Assembly (NCBI GenBank): GCA_043228905.1
Contig: JBHGNT010000008.1
Coordinates: forward strand, 7,564,001-7,628,000
Source: Azolla caroliniana
Lineage: Eukaryota > Plantae > Polypodiophyta
Direction: 5' to 3'
Length of the DNA: 64,000 nt
Every line of letters begins with the position of its first letter. The first letter of the stretch is position 1. This document shows positions 42,710 through 54,879 of this stretch, piece after piece. The notes under the pieces are model-generated. The model did no database searches. It was not told the origin of the DNA and saw nothing but the letters and a program-made list of their open reading frames with translations. The position numbers were made by a program, and so were the translations under genes.

Positions 42710-43470
42710 AAATTTAGATGTATATAAATCACTCTAACAGTTGGTATCAGAGCTTATGTTTCTAATGTTTCTTTTGTTGTCTTCTTGATGGATGGTGATC
42801 GATCGACGTGCGGTCGACCTTGATCCAGATAACGATCAACAAAGGAACTTCGGTAACTCTTTCTTGTTTTTTTTTCTATTCTTTCTTCCCCCAATCTAAT
42901 CATGTATAGTCAATATGTTTTTTCTTTATTGATTCAATGATGTTGTAGTGGTAATGGGTTGGTTGTATAAGACGTATTCATATGTGTATTGATGAGATTA
43001 ATACCTCATTTGACATATATTTGATATGTGATTCGTGTCGTATGCGTACGAGGTTAATACCTCAATTGCGTATTATATTCACATACATATGTTACGTATG
43101 CATGTGAGGTCAATACCTCGATTTCTATTTAAATGACATGCATTTGGTGTCGTATGCGTAAGAGGTTAATACCTCAATTACGTATTACAATTGACCCTTA
43201 TTTTTGGATGTTTCATGTGCGTAGAGGCTATATGTCTCGATTACATCATTGTTGGCTATTTGATATTACGGTTTTTTTAATATATGCATATGTGGTCATG
43301 TGTATATGTATTTGATCGTATATATGTGATAAATATACATATGTGTATATTAGTTATTACGTTGTCGTGAAGATTTTCGGCAACGGTGTGAAAATTGTGT
43401 GCAACGAATGAAATCGAGAAGGTGCAATGTGCATGTGTGAAAGGGGAGAAGACCACACACATAGGCTAGC
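42710..43470 (+). mobile_element. Remnant of an LTR element: LTR end, tRNA-iMet PBS and non-coding internal region
   Basis: CTCTAACA-GT-TGGTATCAGAGC (PBS 42742-42753); internal repeat GTCGTATGCGTA.GAGGTTAATACCTCAATT at ~43037 and ~43148; purine tract near 43440. Confidence 0.45.
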
Positions 43471-44130
43471 ATGTTGTAAATAGGACTGAAATGAGAATCG
43501 TAAAAGAAAAGCCAGATGTAAAGTTAAAACATGTGCACGCGTGATGTGTGCTCAATTGTAAATATAAAAATAAGACTAAAGCTTAGTAACATTTAAGTGC
43601 ATACATAGGGTTGAAAGCAAGGCTTGAACCTCGCACCTCCAAGATAAGAGACAAATTAACTTACGACTAAAGCCACTACTAAGTGCTTTAGAGTTTGTAT
43701 ATATATTCTTTTCATATTCAATATTTTGTAGGAAGCAAACATATAAAAACCATGGGCACAAAACCATGGTTTTAGCCCATGGTTTTTGCATGGAGAGACC
43801 TATAAAAGCCTACAAATGGGCTTGTGTAAGGGAGGCAAGTGATGTAACTAAAAAAGAAACTTTTAATCAAAGATCTTAGTTATCCTAATGGTGATGTACC
43901 TTGTCTCGTAAAACTAAAGTCAAGGGTTCAATCTCTTTCTCTCTCTTCATCCATCTATCTATCTTCAATACTTTGTCCCTTACGCTACTAAAAACATCGA
44001 ATCCTTCCGTTCCAGGACCTCGGTGGTCCCGCTTCATTTCACGAACACGCGAGGATTTCCTCGACATCTTACTTGGTGAACCTAACATGAAGAAGCGGTA
44101 GGAAGGATCAAGACAAGGATTGACCAATAC

Positions 44131-45129
44131 TTGGAGATGGCACCCTCAAGCAATCAAGTGGGAGAGTTCGAAAGAATGATGATAATCTTCGAGCAAATGA
44201 TGAGATCTCGGGACAACGATGCGAGCGTGGAGAAGGCCGTCAACTGTGTCATGGAGGTCGAGGGTCAATTTGATGGAAGGAACATTACGAAGTTCCTGGA
44301 TGTATACAAAAGGGAGATGAATCAAAGGGACGTGCCTGAAGCATGTCAAATCTCGAGTTTCAAGTGAGTTGCCGCCAACAACGTCCAAAGGCGGGTCATC
44401 GAGCTTCAAGAAAGGAAGACAACGTGGTCAGAGTTTGAAAGAGCAATATTAGCATAGTTCGCAACAGAAGATTTGTCAAGGATGACTCGACATGCCTTGA
44501 TGAAGTGGATAGAAAAGAAGAATAAGAGGATGAACGCTTCGAGGGTGTACGACAAGTTCGACCAAATGTTTCGTCGTCTCCCCGCCACAGACCAAGTGCT
44601 GCTTGAGGAGGACAAGACTTTGGGCTTCTCGAAAGCTGTGGACATGAAGGATAGATGAGAATTGGGGACTCTTCTTGAAGATGATACCCAAGCGAATGGG
44701 CTTACGGTGGACTGGGTTGCGGTGAAGCGAGCATGCAACAAGATCAACAGGCGTCATCAATGGCTTGATGACATTGACTTGGTAAGGCCAAGCGTAGAAA
44801 CATCAAGACTACCTAAAGAAGTTGAGTCACCTAAACAAAGCAACCTACATGAAAAGAAGATTGATGATGGCTTGAGGACAGAGAAGGCCATTTCGAGGGA
44901 GGATGAATGTTTCGGAACGCGTGTCATGTTTGAAACATCAGATGATGAAGGAGCAAGCCTAATTGAAGCTTGCATCAATGAAGATAAAGAGTGCGAGGCT
45001 AGTGTAATTGAGGATCTAGCCGTTAAAGACGACATCGAGGAGGTGACTATGAACAAGACAACAAACGTCGACAATGACCATGGCAAGATTTTCTCCACAC
45101 ATGCTCCAGAGACTTGGGCAGTTGCGTCC
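44131..45129 (+). pseudogene. Decayed gypsy-like gag fragment, cut at 45129 by Copia-3
   Basis: One frame broken by in-frame stops: QFDGRNITKFLDVYKREM...LMKWIE...VYDKFDQMF...KTLGFSKAVD, resembling retrotransposon gag (recognition from memory). An LTR-like region with TATAAAAG lies upstream (~43470-43996). Confidence 0.55.
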
Positions 45130-47435
45130 TGTTAGGATTTCGGTCCCTCCAGATGGGATATGAGTACCCGGCAAGGAAGACCCGGTGAGAACCGGATAAT
45201 GCAGGCCTGGTGAGAACCTCCCACCGGATGAAGGGACATATAGGTAAATATGTTTCTGAGACCCCATTGGGGCTATATTTGTAAATAGTCCTAATGTCAT
45301 ATTAGTAAAAATATGACCTAGGGCAAACACTTATGTTTTTTGGTCATTCTTTGCGTTGTGGTTGTAATTATTGTATAGAGAGAGAGAGTGTGAGAGATAC
45401 AGAGCGATTCTCTGTTGTAACCGCCGCCAGGCGAAGAGTGTGAGCACGAGGTGGTTGCCTCTGTGCCCCTTGTTGTATTCTTTGACATAGTGATAGTTTG
45501 GAGTCTGTGGGCTCTCGTGGTTTTTCCCTCTCAGGGTTTTTCCATGTTAACATCTCGTGTACTCTCTTGTTTACAGTGTGTGTGTATATACGTGTATTTA
45601 CCCACCATTCCCATTCTCGGTGTTTCGACTCTAAACGACACGATCTGAGACTCAGTTGTGGCTGAGTAATATTCCGCATATTTCGCGACAAACTGGTATC
45701 AGAGCGAACAACACCGGAAATGGAAGAATCGTTTGGGGGCATGTTCAAGCTCACCAACTCCAACTACTCAGTGTGGAAGTCGAAGATGAGGGATATGCTA
45801 GTGGTCAAAGATCTTTGGTTGACGGTTCAGTTCGGGGACAAGAGACCGGATAAGTTCGATGCCACAGTGTGGGAGGTGATGCACATGAAGACAACGACGT
45901 ACATACGGTGCTTCATCGACATGAGCCTACACAACAACTTTAATGAAGAAAGTAAGACTCATGAACTTTGGGAGAAGATCGACATTATGTTTCAGAACAA
46001 AAATGCTGTTAATCGAGTTTCCGTATTCCGGAAGCTAGTAAGACTCCGATACCAAGATGGCTCCAGTATGGCGGAGCGCATGAATGCCTTCCAGGGGCTG
46101 ATACACCAAACAACCTCATTGGAAGTACCTCTCGCTGATGAGGTACTTGCTCTACTCCTGCTCGGTTCCCTCCCGGATAGCTGGGAGACGTTAGTTGTCA
46201 CGTTGGGCAACGCCGGGCCGGAAGGAAAACAACTATCCCTATCAAGAGTCAAGTTGAGCTTGCTAGATGAGGAGGCGCATCGGAAAGACAAGGAGGTGAT
46301 CTCCGATGCGAAAGCCCTCCTTACCGAATCAGAATGCAGAAGACAAAGGAATCGAAGTCCCCAGAACCGGGAAAATTCGGGGACACGGTCAAAGTCAAGG
46401 GGGAGGCCCACTTGCTTCTATTGCGGCAAGCTGGGGCACTTCCAGAAGAACTGTCGGAATTTTCGGAAATACAAGGAAACTGATAATACTGATTCGAGTC
46501 GGTCACCGGACCGGAACGACAAAGACCGGAGAGGACCAGACCGGAAGGGAACGACGACAATCGCGGCAAGTGAAGAAGAGTTGATGCTCATCACCGAGGA
46601 GAGTGAGTTGAACCTTGTTGGCGACGAGACAACGTGGGTTGTCGATTCTGGGGCGTCGTTCCACCTGACCCCGGACCAAAAATGCTTCTCATTCTACACA
46701 ACCGGTGAGCACGCCTGCGTTCGGATGGGGAATGAAGGTACATGCCGAATTGTCGACATAGGAGAGGTGTGGTTGACAACACCAACCGGATGCAAGATGC
46801 TGCTGAATGATGTTCGACACGTTCCGGAGGTTCGATTGAACCTGATATTAGCCGGTCAGCTAGATGATGAAGGCTACATGGGTAGCATTCGGAACAACAT
46901 GAAGTTTAGCAAGGGGAACCTGATAGTGGCTCGGGCCCAGAAAGTCAACACACTGTACCTGGTGAATGCCTAATTATGCCGGGAAGAAGTGAACGTGGCA
47001 TCCGACACTACCGGTGAGCTGTGGCATAAGAGATTGTGTCATATGAGCGAGAAGGGGTTGAGGAGGCTTGCCGATGACAACCTCATTCTCGTGAAGGACG
47101 TGCATCTTGAGAGGTGCACCGACTGCCTGGCCGGTAAGCAAAACTGGACCTCCTTACGATCAAGGCCACAGATGAGACGTAATGCACCACTGGAGCTGGT
47201 GCATACCGATGTGTGTCAAGTGGACACGAAGTCACATGCCAGATCGCAGTACTTCGTGACGTTCATAGATGACCATAGTCGGAAGCTGTGGGCCACACCG
47301 TTGAAGACAAAGGATCAGGTGTTATTCGTCTTCAAGGAGCTCCACGCAAGTGTTGTAGACAAAGTCGTCTATGCGGAAGATCAAGAAGCATTCGATTCTG
47401 CTTCAGTACCTGCGTATGACTGTTTCTAGGTCGTT

Positions 47436-47474
<39 letters not shown>

Positions 47475-47536
47475 CACAAGACTCTTTATTTCATAAAGCA
47501 AATAATACCACAACCAACCTTACAAAAGGGTTACAA

Positions 47537-47556
47537 GGTCACTATATATAGTGACC
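47537..47556. promoter_or_regulatory. Palindromic TATA-box element of the Copia-4 LTR (present in all four LTR copies)
   Basis: GGTCACTATATATAGTGACC is a perfect 20-bp palindrome located upstream of the (CT)n tract in element sense; promoter function is inferred. Confidence 0.6.
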
Positions 47557-47854
47557 GACTTAGGGCAACTACCCTTTATGCTAATTACACAAATGCCCCA
47601 AAGATGGGCTATAAAAAGGGATAGTGTGAATACGTCCATTATACACTTGTATTCGACACTCCCCCGTAATGGGCGTATACATGGGTTATCTAAGATTACA
47701 GGTATAAACCTAGGTTCTCGGACATATCAGTTTTTTTGTTCGAGTCGGCAGGGTCCGAAGGCAGAAGACCGAACTGGTCGGGTCGGAAGTGTTGAAGCCG
47801 ATCATTAAGGAACTGATGTCGGTTGTCGGAAACCATCCTGTGCTGTGTCCGGCT

Positions 47855-50800
47855 CTAACCGGACTGGTTTGTCGTTACGCCCATCTGATGCCGAAGGGAC
47901 CGAAAGCGGTCTGCCGAAAGACACTTGGTCATTCCATCTGCGACATTGTCGGTTGTGGATATTTTCTCTAGACCGATTTTCCCTGAAATGACGCAGTCCC
48001 GAACGAAGTGATATCGAACGTCGATATGTTTGGAGGCGTTGTGGTGAACCGGATTTTTCGACAAGGCAATAGCACCTTGACTGTCGCTGTAGACAACTGG
48101 AGCCGAGTCATGGTCGACTTGTCGAAACGTGTGCGCCAGCCGACCGAGCCACAAAGCTTCTTTTGCTGCGTCGGACGCAGCTACATATTCTGCTTCGGTC
48201 GTTGAGGTCGCTGTGCACTCCTGAAGTTTCGACTTCCACGAGATTGCTCCATTGCCGAATTTGAAGCAGTATCCGGTTGTTGATTTCCGACTGTCTATAC
48301 AGCCGGCGAAATCCGAGTCGGTGTAACCGACTACGCCTGAGGTTCGGTTCGGACCGAAAAGAATGCCGTGGTCTTTTGTGCCAGCCAGATATCTGAACAC
48401 ATGCTTGACTGCGTTCCAATGCGATCGGCCAGGATTGTGCATAAATCTGCTAACGACTCCTACGGCATGAGAGATATCGGGCCGTGTCGCGACCATCAGG
48501 TACATAAGGGAGCCGACTGCCGGTGCATACGGTACCGACTTCATATCTTCCCCCTCCGGACCGGATGTCGGGCAGTCTCGCTGAGAGAGCCGAAGATTCA
48601 TGGGGAGCGGGGTTGAAGCAGATTTGGCTGATTGCATGTTGAAGCGTTCCAAGACACGTCCGATATAGTCGGTCTGAGACAAAAAAAGATGTCGTTTATC
48701 GCGATGCCGACTAATCTTCATGCCAAGAATGTGTCGTGCCGGACCGAGGTCCTTCATGGCAAACTTCAACCGCAGTTGCCGAATGAGATCGGCAAGTTCG
48801 CCCGCGTGGCGTCCAGAAATTAGCATGTCGTCCACGTAAATGATGAGGAAGATGGGTGATCCATCTTGAGCTGTGTTGGTAAAGAGACAATGGTCCTCAT
48901 CGCTTTTTGAGAAGCCGATCGATTGGATGAAGTCGTCGAACTTCTTGTACCATTGTCGCGGTGCCTGTTTGAGGCCGTATAGACTCTTCCTGAGTCGGCA
49001 GACTAGATGTTCTTGGCCAGTTGCCACGAAGCCTTTTGGCTGCTCCATATAAATTTCCTCGTCAAGATCACCATGGAGGAAGGCTGTTTTGACATCGAGC
49101 TGAATCAGCTCCAAGTTGTCGGCTGCCACTACGCCGAGTAGAAAACGAAGGGTTGTCATTTTCACCACTGGTGAAAAAATCTCGTCGAAGTCGACGCCAT
49201 ATTCTTGTCGGAAGCCCTTCGCAACTAATCTGGCCTTGTACTTTGGGGTGGTCGAATCAGACGTCTCTTTTAGTCGATAAACCCACTTGCAAGGAAGAGC
49301 ACGTCGGTTCCTAGGTAATTCGACCAGATCCCAAGTCTTGTTTGCCCGAATGGAGTGCATTTCCGACTCCATCGCCAGATGCCAGGTGGCGGAATCGACA
49401 GATGTCGATGCTTCTTCGTAAGACGTCGGTTCGCCGGCGTCGGTGAAGAAGATTCCAGGAGAATACCTCTCCGGAGGTTGCGACAGTCTCTCGGATCGTC
49501 GAGGTATGATTGGACTGGTCGCATCGGGTATCACGGTCGGATGGTCCGAAAGCGGATTGTTCTGCTGTGCCGAGTCGGAGTTGTCCGAGTCGGTAGTGTA
49601 AGGTTCAGCTACCCGTGAAGCTGACCGTGTGTTGAGAGCGGGGCCTTCTTGAAGGGTCGGCACATCGGAAAATGTTACCCTTCGGACTTCGATCGGTTTT
49701 TCGACTGATGGATTCATAGCCGACTCGTTGAACACAACGTCCGAACTTCGAACGATTTGTCTGCGTTCGGGGTCCCAGAGTCGGTATCCCATTTCGCCGT
49801 CTGATCCATATCCAAGGAAAATGCATTTCCTGGACCGAGGTGCAAGTTTTCGGCGATCATCTTTCGGAATAAGGGCGTACGCCTCGCATCCGAAGATCCT
49901 CAGCTTGTCGTAATTCGGCTTGCTGCCGATCCATAGTTCCTGAGGAATTTGAAGTCCTAGAGGTCTGCTTGGCGACATATTGATTATGTGTACTGCCGTG
50001 AGTAGAGCCTCTGCCCAGAAGCCATCCGACAGTCCGGAGTGTTGGAGCATGGAAACTATCCGTTCTTGGATTGTCCGATTCATGCGTTCGGCAATCCCGT
50101 TTTGCTCCGGACTGTGTGGTGCCGTAAATTCACGTCGGATGCCGCGTTGTCGGCAGAATTTGACGAATTCTTCTGATTTGAACTCTCCCCCATTGTCGGT
50201 CCGAAAGCATTTCAGATTTCGGTCGGTTTGATTTTCTACCATAGCGAGCCAATCGGAGAAGATCGAGAAGACACGATCTTTGGTGCGAATTGGATAAGCC
50301 CACACCTTTCGAGTCGAATCGTCAATAAAACTGACGAAGTAAGAGGCACCGCCAAGAGACTGATGCGGCATCGGGCCACAGACGTCCGAGTGGACTAGAT
50401 CGAGAGGTCTCGTTTCTCTTGGTGCTGATGTCGGGTGTGATGCGGCTGCTTGTTTGCCATACTGACAATGCTCGCAGAATTGATGGTCGGAGAAGGAGAG
50501 TTTGGGGATGTATCCGGCTCTAGATAGATGCGTAATGCCGGCCTTGCTGAGGTGTCCTAATCTTCGGTGCCATAGTGATGACACAGGAATATCCACCAAA
50601 AACAGGTTACCCTCTCTGAGCGTAACATGTAACGGATACAGTGAGTGTATCTTGGGTCCTCTAGCAAGCAGGAGGTTCCCCCTGTGGAGTGTCCACCCTC
50701 CCGAAGAAAAACCGGCACGAATGCCGTCTTCATCTAGTTGTCCGACTGAGATCAATGGCCTTGAGAGCTCGGGTACATGTCGGACATTGTGAAGTACAAG

Positions 50801-51868
50801 TGTAGAGCCACCTGCAAGGTTGAGCTCTACTGTGCCGATTCCGATGATGTCACAGTGTTGTGAGTTGCCGACTCGAACTGAGTCGGAGTGACGGATCGTA
50901 TATTGCCGAAATTGGGATCGATGAGGAGTCACGTGAAATGACGCACCCGAATCTAAGAGCCATGTGCTCGATTCTTCAGTCGTGAGTAGAACTTCTGATC
51001 CGACTGGATTTTCGATTGATAGTATATTCGGGTCGTCTGGTAGCACATCAGCTGAAAAGCTGACGTAATTGATCTCCTCATGCCGGCCACTCTTCTTGTT
51101 GTTCTTGTTCTTGAGTGCGCGGCAGTCGGCTTTGATGTGTCCGGGTTTCTTGCAATAGTTGCAGATTCGGTTATCCCGTGACTGGCTCCGTCTTCGCTGA
51201 TTGTTCGGCGGCCGTGAGGAATCTCTTCCTCGTATGTTCGATCGGTCTGTCGAACCTTGTACTACGTAAGCGTCGTTTGTTGAGTCTTTGGCGAAAGACT
51301 TTCTCCGAGCTGCTTCGGTCAGGATTGCGCTCGTGACTTCGGAGTATTTAACAGCCGTGGTTGACGCGTTGCACACGGTTGTGACGAAAGTTTCCCATGA
51401 TGAGGGAAGGCTGCTCATGAGTATCATTGCTCTGAGTTCATCCTCGATTGCCGTCCCCTGAGATGAGATTTGGGAGCTTATGCTTTCGTACTCATTGAGA
51501 TGTGCTTGAACCGAATCGGATTCTTTCATCCGCAGGTTGTAGAGGCGCCGGATCAGAAACATCTTCGTTGCGGCGACCTTCTTTTCGTAAGTGTCCGACA
51601 GTGTTTTCCACAGTTCGAATGCTGTCGTACACGATTGCACCGTAAAGTATACCGATTCCGATAGGTGCATCCGAATCGTGGCGCGGACGATTCTGTCCAG
51701 CTTCTGCCACTCAATTGGTTTGTATCCTTCTGGAGGTTCTTCATTTTCGATGGGATCGATTTGCCCCTTGACTATGAGATAGTCCTGCATTTGCTCCTTC
51801 CAGAAGTTGAAGTTCGATCCATCGAACTTTCGTAGACTCATTTCTGACGAGCCGGATGTTGATGCCAT
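47855..51868 (-). CDS. Copia Gag-Pol polyprotein (Gag, zinc knuckle, protease, integrase, RT, RNase H), ~1337 aa
   Basis: CNYCKKPGHIKADC, LDSGAS, WHRRLGH..CEHC, VHSDVCG/RTDNGGEF/AERMNRT, YKARLVAKG, YVDDMLI, YTDSDFAG/TEAEY/NVAD. First ATG at 51868; the ORF track starts one codon earlier at TTG. Confidence 0.97.
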   Translation of the reverse strand: MASTSGSSEMSLRKFDGSNFNFWKEQMQDYLIVKGQIDPIENEEPPEGYKPIEWQKLDRIVRATIRMHLSESVYFTVQSCTTAFELWKTLSDTYEKKVAATKMFLIRRLYNLRMKESDSVQAHLNEYESISSQISSQGTAIEDELRAMILMSSLPSSWETFVTTVCNASTTAVKYSEVTSAILTEAARRKSFAKDSTNDAYVVQGSTDRSNIRGRDSSRPPNNQRRRSQSRDNRICNYCKKPGHIKADCRALKNKNNKKSGRHEEINYVSFSADVLPDDPNILSIENPVGSEVLLTTEESSTWLLDSGASFHVTPHRSQFRQYTIRHSDSVRVGNSQHCDIIGIGTVELNLAGGSTLVLHNVRHVPELSRPLISVGQLDEDGIRAGFSSGGWTLHRGNLLLARGPKIHSLYPLHVTLREGNLFLVDIPVSSLWHRRLGHLSKAGITHLSRAGYIPKLSFSDHQFCEHCQYGKQAAASHPTSAPRETRPLDLVHSDVCGPMPHQSLGGASYFVSFIDDSTRKVWAYPIRTKDRVFSIFSDWLAMVENQTDRNLKCFRTDNGGEFKSEEFVKFCRQRGIRREFTAPHSPEQNGIAERMNRTIQERIVSMLQHSGLSDGFWAEALLTAVHIINMSPSRPLGLQIPQELWIGSKPNYDKLRIFGCEAYALIPKDDRRKLAPRSRKCIFLGYGSDGEMGYRLWDPERRQIVRSSDVVFNESAMNPSVEKPIEVRRVTFSDVPTLQEGPALNTRSASRVAEPYTTDSDNSDSAQQNNPLSDHPTVIPDATSPIIPRRSERLSQPPERYSPGIFFTDAGEPTSYEEASTSVDSATWHLAMESEMHSIRANKTWDLVELPRNRRALPCKWVYRLKETSDSTTPKYKARLVAKGFRQEYGVDFDEIFSPVVKMTTLRFLLGVVAADNLELIQLDVKTAFLHGDLDEEIYMEQPKGFVATGQEHLVCRLRKSLYGLKQAPRQWYKKFDDFIQSIGFSKSDEDHCLFTNTAQDGSPIFLIIYVDDMLISGRHAGELADLIRQLRLKFAMKDLGPARHILGMKISRHRDKRHLFLSQTDYIGRVLERFNMQSAKSASTPLPMNLRLSQRDCPTSGPEGEDMKSVPYAPAVGSLMYLMVATRPDISHAVGVVSRFMHNPGRSHWNAVKHVFRYLAGTKDHGILFGPNRTSGVVGYTDSDFAGCIDSRKSTTGYCFKFGNGAISWKSKLQECTATSTTEAEYVAASDAAKEALWLGRLAHTFRQVDHDSAPVVYSDSQGAIALSKNPVHHNASKHIDVRYHFVRDCVISGKIGLEKISTTDNVADGMTKCLSADRFRSLRHQMGVTTNQSG

Positions 51869-52628
51869 CAAATTTGGTTTCGGTTGACGAGGCTCGGTTC
51901 GGAGTTGACTACGAGCCTTGTTGGAGTGCAGCCGGTTGGCTCACCCGATATCGCTCTAGTCGGATTTGAACCCGAGTCAGTTCGGCTTCGGAGCTTGCTC
52001 GAATTGACTCCGGTAGCTTGAGGGACAGAACCGACTGGTCTTCCCGAATGTTGCCGAGTCGGAGTGAGCCCGGTTCGCTTCGGATATATATGCCGAATAC
52101 CGATTATTGAAACCGATTATCTGGACCGATTCTGCTTCGGTTGACTGCAGGAACGAGAGAGACGGATCCAACTGATCCTCCCGAATGTCGATCAGCCAGA
52201 TGAAGCACGAATTTGGGGTTGTTGTCTTGAGACCGATCTGCACCGAGTGGTTACAATGAGCGGCGTTTGATTACCTCTTCGGATGCCGTTTAACCGAGTG
52301 GAGCACGATCGTGTCAATATTGCACAAGGGGATTTCACCTCGAGCGGTTACGATCACAAGGGACAGAGTACAACCTGCTGGCTTACTCCAAGCGAAGATG
52401 ATCTAACGCGATGAGATGCAAGCCTCGTTTCTCTTCTTCTTCTCTCTTCTTCGAATGACGCAAGAAACCGAATGCTGTGCAGGCTGAGACGACGGCCGAC
52501 AGCGGATTGAAGGACCGAATGCTGTGCAGGCTCTGATACCAGATGTTGTAGACAAAGTCGTCTATGCGGAAGATCAAGAAGCATTCGATTCTGCTTCAGT
52601 ACCTGCGTATGACTGTTTCTAGGTCGTT

Positions 52629-52667
<39 letters not shown>

Positions 52668-54761
52668 CACAAGACTCTTTATTTCATAAAGCAAATAATA
52701 CCACAACCAACCTTACAAAAGGGTTACAAGGTCACTATATATAGTGACCGACTTAGGGCAACTACCCTTTATGCTAATTACACAAATGCCCCAAAGATGG
52801 GCTATAAAAAGGGATAGTGTGAATACGTCCATTATACACTTGTATTCGACAGCAAGAGTGGAAAGAGAAACTGGCAAATACCGGAGGCAGTTTGAGGAGT
52901 ACTGTCGCTCGAAGGGAATCCGGCTCGAATTTACCGTGCCGAAGATGACGAAACTAAACAGGCTGGCCAAAAGGATGACCAGACCATAATGGAGAGGGTC
53001 CGGAAACTAAACGGGCTGGCACATGCAAAGTTACCCAAGAAGATTTGGGCTGAGGCGCCGGCGACAACGACGTACGTGATAAACAAATCACCCTCAGTGC
53101 CCTTGGATGGAGACACGCTGCAGAGAGTGTGGACTGGTAAGGAAGTGTCTTACCAGCATCTGAAGGTGTTCGGGTGTCTCGCTTATGTGCATGTTGCAAA
53201 GGATCGGAGAGCAAAGTTGGATCCAAAGTCCCGACCTTGCATATTCCTCGAATACGGCGATGATGAGTTCGGCTACCGAGTGTGGGATCCGGTCGACAAG
53301 AAGGTTTTCCGGAGTCGAGATATTATCTTCATGGAGGACAAGACCCTTGCCGACTGGAAGTCGGAGAAGAAGATAATGAACTCCGAGTCAACCGGTAAGG
53401 ATCGGTTCGATGAGATACGGACCTACCCGGCTAAGAGCCGGTTGACACTCGAAGAACCCGCCGGTTACGGAGAGGAAACCGAACTAACCGAAGAAGAAGA
53501 AGAAGAAGCAGAAACTGGAACCGATCAAGACCCCAAATCAGATTCGGATGAAGAACAAATAGAGGAGCCAGGTGCCGAAAGCCAAGGACGCAGATATCCT
53601 CTTAGAGAGAGAAGGGCCCTCGGAGATTTCCGGATGTAGAGCGTGCGTTGCTAACCGATGAGGGGGAGCCGTAAAGCTTCGAAGAAGCAAAGGAGGACAC
53701 CCACAACCGCAAGTGGTTGAGTGCCATGCAGGGTGAAATGGATTCCCTGCATGAGAACCACATGTATGAACGGGTGGAGTTGCCAAAAGGAAAGCGGGCA
53801 CTCCGGAATAAGTGGGTGTACAAGTTGAAACCGGGAGATGCCGGCAACCCCCCAAGGTACAAAGCTAGGATCATGGTGAAGGGGTTCCAGCAGAAGAAGG
53901 GAGTGGACTTCGAGGAGATATTTGCCCCGGTAGTGAAGATGACTTCCATCCGGACGGTGTTGAGTATAGCAGCAAGCATGGACCTCGAGGTAGAGCAACT
54001 AGACGTGAAGACAACGTTCCTTCACGACGACCTCAAATAAGAGATCTACATGCAGCAACCGGAAGGATTTGTGAAGAAAGGGAAGGAGCACTTGGTTTGC
54101 CGGTTGAAGAAGAGCCTATACGGACTAAATCAGGCTCCCCAGCAATGGTACCGGAAGTTCGACTCCTTCATGACGGATCAACGATACCACAAGATGCAGG
54201 CCGATCACTGTGTGTATGTGAAGAAGTTTGAAGGTGGAGACTTCTTGATACTCCTCCTATACGTGGACGACATGTTGATCGTCGGACGAGACCAAGTTGT
54301 CGGGAACTCAAGGCTCCTTATGTCCAATGCTCGGCCACAACCGAGATTCTTTTCTTACACAAAAAACAGGAAACGGAAAAAAAACACGCGACACAAGAGG
54401 AGAGAAGAGGTACACAAGAGGTTTACGTGGAAAACCCCAAGCTAAGGGAAAAAACCACGGCAGCCCACAGGCTGCAAACTGCCACTATGTAAGAATATAC
54501 AACCGTGAGTTCATTGAGGCACCGACCTCGTGCTCACAGATCTTCGCCACAGGCGGCGGTTACAACAGAGGCAACGACCTCTCTCTCTCTCTCTCTCTCT
54601 CATACAGTTACACACACTCTCTCTTTTTCTTGCACCAACAAGAAAATGACAACCACAATCAACAGTTTGCCCTAAGTCATATTTATACTAATATGACTTT
54701 TCGGCTATTTACAAATATAGTCTCGATGGACTTTCAGAAACATATTTACGAATATGTCTCT

Positions 54762-54879
54762 TCATCCGGTTCATACCGGGTCTTCACCATCCGGCTCTCC
54801 GTAGCCGGGTACTCCTCATCCGGTTCATACCGGGTTTGCACCATCCGGCTCTCCGTAGCCGGGTACTCCTCATCCGGTT
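54762..54879. repeat. 54-bp CCGG-rich tandem repeat (2 full units plus partial) in the Copia-5 LTR U3
   Basis: TCATCCGGTTCATACCGGGT..CACCATCCGGCTCTCCGTAGCCGGGTACTCC at 54762 and 54816, partial at 54870. Confidence 0.85.

Larger units (their letters stand above)
47351..52851 (-). mobile_element. Intact young Ty1/Copia 'Copia-4A'
   Basis: 308-bp LTRs 52544-52851 (5') and 47351-47658 (3'), identical by eye; perfect TSD GCAAG; PBS 52541-52530; PPT ATTACGGGGGAG; single uninterrupted polyprotein ORF. Confidence 0.97.
45130..54297 (+). mobile_element. Tnt1-like Ty1/Copia 'Copia-3' (host 1), decayed; interrupted by Copia-4A and by Copia-5; 3' remainder expected beyond the window
   Basis: 5' LTR 45130-45690 (TGTTAG...GCGACA); PBS TGGTATCAGAGC 45694-45705; gag/PR 45720-46973 (CFYCGKLGHFQKNC, WVVDSGAS); integrase 46989-47350 resuming at 52852; RT up to YVDDMLIVGRDQV at 54297. 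Confidence 0.92.
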
